From an uncultured archaeon (GTDB lineage: Archaea; EX4484-52; JAADEF01): DNA of 64,000 bases. The stretch is taken from assembly GCA_964407715.1 (NCBI GenBank), contig CAYOWP010000001.1, positions 16,622 through 80,621 of the forward strand. Direction: 5' to 3'. The first letter of the stretch is position 1; each line of letters opens with the position of its first letter. Below are positions 61,292 to 64,000 of the stretch, one piece after another. Both the position numbers and the translations under genes were made by a program. The notes under the pieces were generated by a model. The model was not told the DNA's origin. It worked only from the letters and a program-made list of their open reading frames with translations, and did not search any database.

Positions 61292-61867
61292 ATGGTGGGA
61301 TTAGCTTATAGCGATCTAAAGGAAAAGATATTAAAGGAAAAAATGATAGAGGGATATGAAGATATTGAAAAACAATTGACGCCAAATGGTTTTGATGTAA
61401 GAGCCTGTACAATTATTGAGGTAAAAGAAGCAGGAGAAGTTGGGATATCAAAAGAGGAAAACAAATCTCCTATTTTAGGCAAGGCATATGTACTTGAAGG
61501 ACACGAGAAGATATTGGAAAATTTAAACATAGAGAAAATAATTACAATGAAATATGGAGAAAAACTTCCTTTATATAGGCTAAAACCATATCTTCTAATA
61601 ACATGTGAGAAAATAAATACTCCTGAGGATTTATATTTCAAAATTGAGATAAGAAGTACTTTGTTCAGATATGGACAGATGATACTGGAAACTGCGTTTG
61701 GAGATGCAGGTTATAAAGGAAGGCTAACTTTTTTGTTATTGCCAACATTAGATACCAAGTTGGCATTGGGTTGCAGAGTTGCACAAATATCTTTTGTTAC
61801 TTTAACATCAAGAGCACATTATGAAAACCAAAAAGAATGTGGTTATCAAGGTGGAAAGATTTTATAA
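61292..61867 (+). CDS. dcd: dCTP deaminase/dUTPase-family protein
   Basis: NGFDVRA, RSTLFRYG and FGDAGYKG motifs. Confidence 0.65.
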   Translation: MVGLAYSDLKEKILKEKMIEGYEDIEKQLTPNGFDVRACTIIEVKEAGEVGISKEENKSPILGKAYVLEGHEKILENLNIEKIITMKYGEKLPLYRLKPYLLITCEKINTPEDLYFKIEIRSTLFRYGQMILETAFGDAGYKGRLTFLLLPTLDTKLALGCRVAQISFVTLTSRAHYENQKECGYQGGKIL

Positions 61868-61891
61868 AAATAGAGCTTTTTCTTAACTCTT

Positions 61892-62584
61892 ATGAGAGTA
61901 GGAGTATTATTTTCTGGAGGAAAGGATTCTACTTTGGCATTGCATCTTGCTAAAGAACAGGGGTTAAAAATTGAATGCTTACTTTCCATTATTCCAAAAA
62001 CACCAGAAAGCTATATGTTTCACTATCCTAACATGCATCTGGTTGATGTACAAGCAAAGGCGATGGGCATACCGATAATAAATAGAATCACAAAAGGAAA
62101 TAAAGAAGAGGAGCTAAAAGATTTAAAGTATCTATTGAGTAAAGCTATCTCAAGATACAACATAGAAGGAATAGTAACAGGAGTAATAAGATCCTCATAC
62201 CAAGCAACAAGAATAAAAAGAATCGCTAAGGAATTATCTTTGAAGGTATTTAATCCCTTGTGGTTAAAAGATGATGAGGAAGTATATTCCATGTTATCCG
62301 AAAGGAATTTTAGAGTGATTATTGTTGGAGTATATGCTTATCCTTTATCAGAGAAATATTTAGGTGAAGAATTGAGCAAAGAGGTGTATGAGGAGCTGCT
62401 AAGATATAAGAAAGAATATGGCATTAGTCTTGTTGGAGAGGGAGGAGAATTGGAAACCTTTGTTGTGGATGCCCCTCTTTTTAATTTTATGATTGAAATA
62501 ATAGAATGCTCTAAGGAATATAAGAGATATGAAGGAACATTAAAAATAAAAAAAGTGAGATTGGTAAAAAAGGATAAAAAATAA
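61892..62584 (+). CDS. PP-loop ATPase of the diphthine-ammonia ligase (Dph6/MJ0570) family
   Basis: VLFSGGKDST PP-loop and GEGGELETFV. Confidence 0.65.
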   Translation: MRVGVLFSGGKDSTLALHLAKEQGLKIECLLSIIPKTPESYMFHYPNMHLVDVQAKAMGIPIINRITKGNKEEELKDLKYLLSKAISRYNIEGIVTGVIRSSYQATRIKRIAKELSLKVFNPLWLKDDEEVYSMLSERNFRVIIVGVYAYPLSEKYLGEELSKEVYEELLRYKKEYGISLVGEGGELETFVVDAPLFNFMIEIIECSKEYKRYEGTLKIKKVRLVKKDKK

Positions 62585-62658
62585 GCCCCAGGCGGGATTC
62601 GAACCCGCGGCCTCCACCTTACCAAGGTGGCGCTCTAACCAGGCTGAGCTACTGGGGC
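62584..62658 (-). tRNA. tRNA-Thr (anticodon GGU)
   Basis: Reverse complement gives GCCCCAG acceptor, anticodon arm CCACC-TTGGTAA-GGTGG and T-arm GCGGG-TTCGAAT-CCCGC. Confidence 0.85.
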
Positions 62659-62667
62659 AAACAACCT

Positions 62668-63420
62668 TCATATTTTACTGAATAACTCTCTAAGAATAAA
62701 GTACTTTTTGTTTATCTCCTTATTGCTCTTTCTTATTTTTTCTAAGCGTTTTTCCAGTTCCTTCACTTTCTCTTCAATCTTTGCCGGATGCTTTCTGATG
62801 TCCTTCTCTATGGCTTTTATAATTTTTATCTCTTTAATGATTTTTTCCTTTTCCATTTCAAATTCTTTAAATGCATTTTCTAAGCTTTCCAACTTTTTCA
62901 TTCTTTTGTCAATGATATCTGTAACGTTTTTAAGATCCTTCTCCAACTCTGCCTCTTCTTCTTTTATCTTATTGAATACCTCAAGGATCTCTTTTTCCTT
63001 CTCTCTTATTCTTTTTAACAAATCCTCCATTTCCTCCCTTTTTTTCAAGTCTCTCTCTAACACATTTTCCAATTCTTTAAGTATCTCTATTTCCTTTTTC
63101 AATACCTTTTCCTTTTCTTGAACATTATACTCAATCTCTTTAATCGTTTTTTCACTGTCATCATATAATTTTTGAGTTACTTCCTTTGATTTTTCTTCTA
63201 CATCATGCGGGAGAGTTACATAAATTCTTCCAAAGGAGTATTCCAAGTTCACTAAGCCCTCTCCTTCCAATGCCTTAGCCCATTTCTCCACTACCTCTAT
63301 TGGAAGAGAGAGAGCATTGGATACTTCTTTAATACTTACTTTACCTTTTGTGGAAACAATCTCTAAGAATTTATCTATATCGCTTCCTTTTTTTATCTCC
63401 TCTAATATCTCTTTAGCCAT
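62668..63420 (-). CDS. winged-helix plus coiled-coil protein (hypothetical regulator)
   Basis: N-terminal VSIKEVSNALSLPIEVVEKWAKALEGEGLV wHTH, then a long E/K coiled coil. Confidence 0.4.
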   Translation of the reverse strand: MAKEILEEIKKGSDIDKFLEIVSTKGKVSIKEVSNALSLPIEVVEKWAKALEGEGLVNLEYSFGRIYVTLPHDVEEKSKEVTQKLYDDSEKTIKEIEYNVQEKEKVLKKEIEILKELENVLERDLKKREEMEDLLKRIREKEKEILEVFNKIKEEEAELEKDLKNVTDIIDKRMKKLESLENAFKEFEMEKEKIIKEIKIIKAIEKDIRKHPAKIEEKVKELEKRLEKIRKSNKEINKKYFILRELFSKI

Positions 63421-63501
63421 ATATTATCCAACCTCTTTATGATAATAAATTAAATATTAAATTTGAAATTTTTTATATCTTTATGGTTCTAATGGCTTTA
63501 T

Positions 63502-63650
63502 GGCATTGTCCAATAATTCTTTATTGTTAAGCGGAAACTTAACGCGCAAATAGCACTTATAGCAGTAATCGCATTAGCTCCATAAGGTTAGCTTTCTCTG
63601 ATGCGCTTCTTTGAAATGTTACTTTCATAGGGAATTATTGGACAACACCC
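63502..63650. repeat. Complete module 2 element with TIRs, locus M
   Basis: ggcattgtccaataattctttattgttaagcggaaacttaacgcgcaaatagcacttatag ... aatcgcattagctccataaggttagctttctctgatgcgcttcttt ... gggaattattggacaacaccc. Confidence 0.85.
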
Positions 63651-64000
63651 GGCTTTATTTCTATCTTAGTGTTGCATCCTTTGACATCTTCTCCAAATAA
63701 ATATCCCAACCATAAACGAGGATATCCGAGATAAGGTATTCTATAGATTACTTTTCCCTCTACATTCTCAATTGGTATTAGCCAAGGGTCAGGTTGAGAG
63801 TTATTATCTCCCCATGCAACCACATATTTATGCGAATCTTCAAGTAATTTCTTATATGCTCTATGAACTATCAACCTATCCTGAAGAGGCTCATAATATA
63901 CAATAATTGTAGAATTTGGATCCTTCCATTTTTCATTAGCAACAATCTCATCCCACGAGACACCTTTAACAATGATTACATCTCCTCTCTCCAATGTTGG
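63635..64000 (-). CDS. signal peptidase I (S26/Sec11-like), 5'-partial at the window edge
   Basis: The reading frame continues past the ORF's first Met to the window edge as ..PTLERGDVIIV (SM-PTL-GD box, truncated by the window end). A downstream WGDNNSQPD box is also present. Confidence 0.6.
   Translation of the reverse strand, partial: PTLERGDVIIVKGVSWDEIVANEKWKDPNSTIIVYYEPLQDRLIVHRAYKKLLEDSHKYVVAWGDNNSQPDPWLIPIENVEGKVIYRIPYLGYPRLWLGYLFGEDVKGCNTKIEIKPGVVQ

Overview
This looks like an AT-rich archaeal chromosomal segment of about 60 protein genes, two tRNAs and no rRNA or CRISPR. I worked from the sequence alone, with no database searches. Protein calls rest on motifs I could recognise by eye, and coordinates were read from line positions and may be off by a nucleotide or two.

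Recognisable genes:
- A complete A1AO ATP synthase operon in the order H-I-K-E-C-F-A-B-D (32315-40513).
- Information-processing genes: RNase P protein subunits Rpp30 and Pop5, aIF2-gamma, ribosomal protein L10e, Kae1, Hjc resolvase, XerA recombinase, tRNA-Pro(GGG), tRNA-Thr(GGU).
- Metabolic genes: type III RuBisCO large subunit, deoxyhypusine synthase, a Dph6-like ATPase, an IscU-like protein, ROK kinase, PGI/PMI, M17 aminopeptidase, M50 protease, dCTP deaminase, an AmmeMemoRadiSam-type radical SAM enzyme, and an ABC transporter triad.
- A type IV pilus-like locus with an A24 prepilin peptidase, two pilins with class III signal peptides, and a perfectly duplicated membrane-protein gene.

The most striking feature is a dense family of structured intergenic repeats that no standard annotation would explain. 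Nearly every intergenic gap longer than about 150 bp (13 loci, roughly 4.2 kb or 6-7% of the window) is filled by them. There are two modules:
- Module 1 is a tandem array of 110-150 nt units. Each unit is bounded by GGTTAACGGGAAG... and ...CTTCCCGTTAACC inverted arms around an inner GCAGCATGCTAACC / GGTTAGC(A)TGC palindrome pair. Units are separated by AT-rich spacers of about 20 nt.
- Module 2 is an element bounded by terminal inverted repeats of about 60 nt (GGCATTGTCCAATAATTCTTTATTGTTAAGCGGAAACTTAACGCGCAAATAGCAC...). It occurs as complete small elements and as solo ends.

I read this as a previously undescribed family of MITE-like or REP/BIME-like palindromic elements, possibly a family of small structured RNAs. 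It creates spurious ORFs, and in one case its end apparently supplies the annotated ATG of the PGI/PMI ORF.

Other candidates are a truncated methyltransferase plus a PD-(D/E)xK nuclease operon that looks defence-related, and a beta-helix repeat surface protein next to tRNA-Pro.
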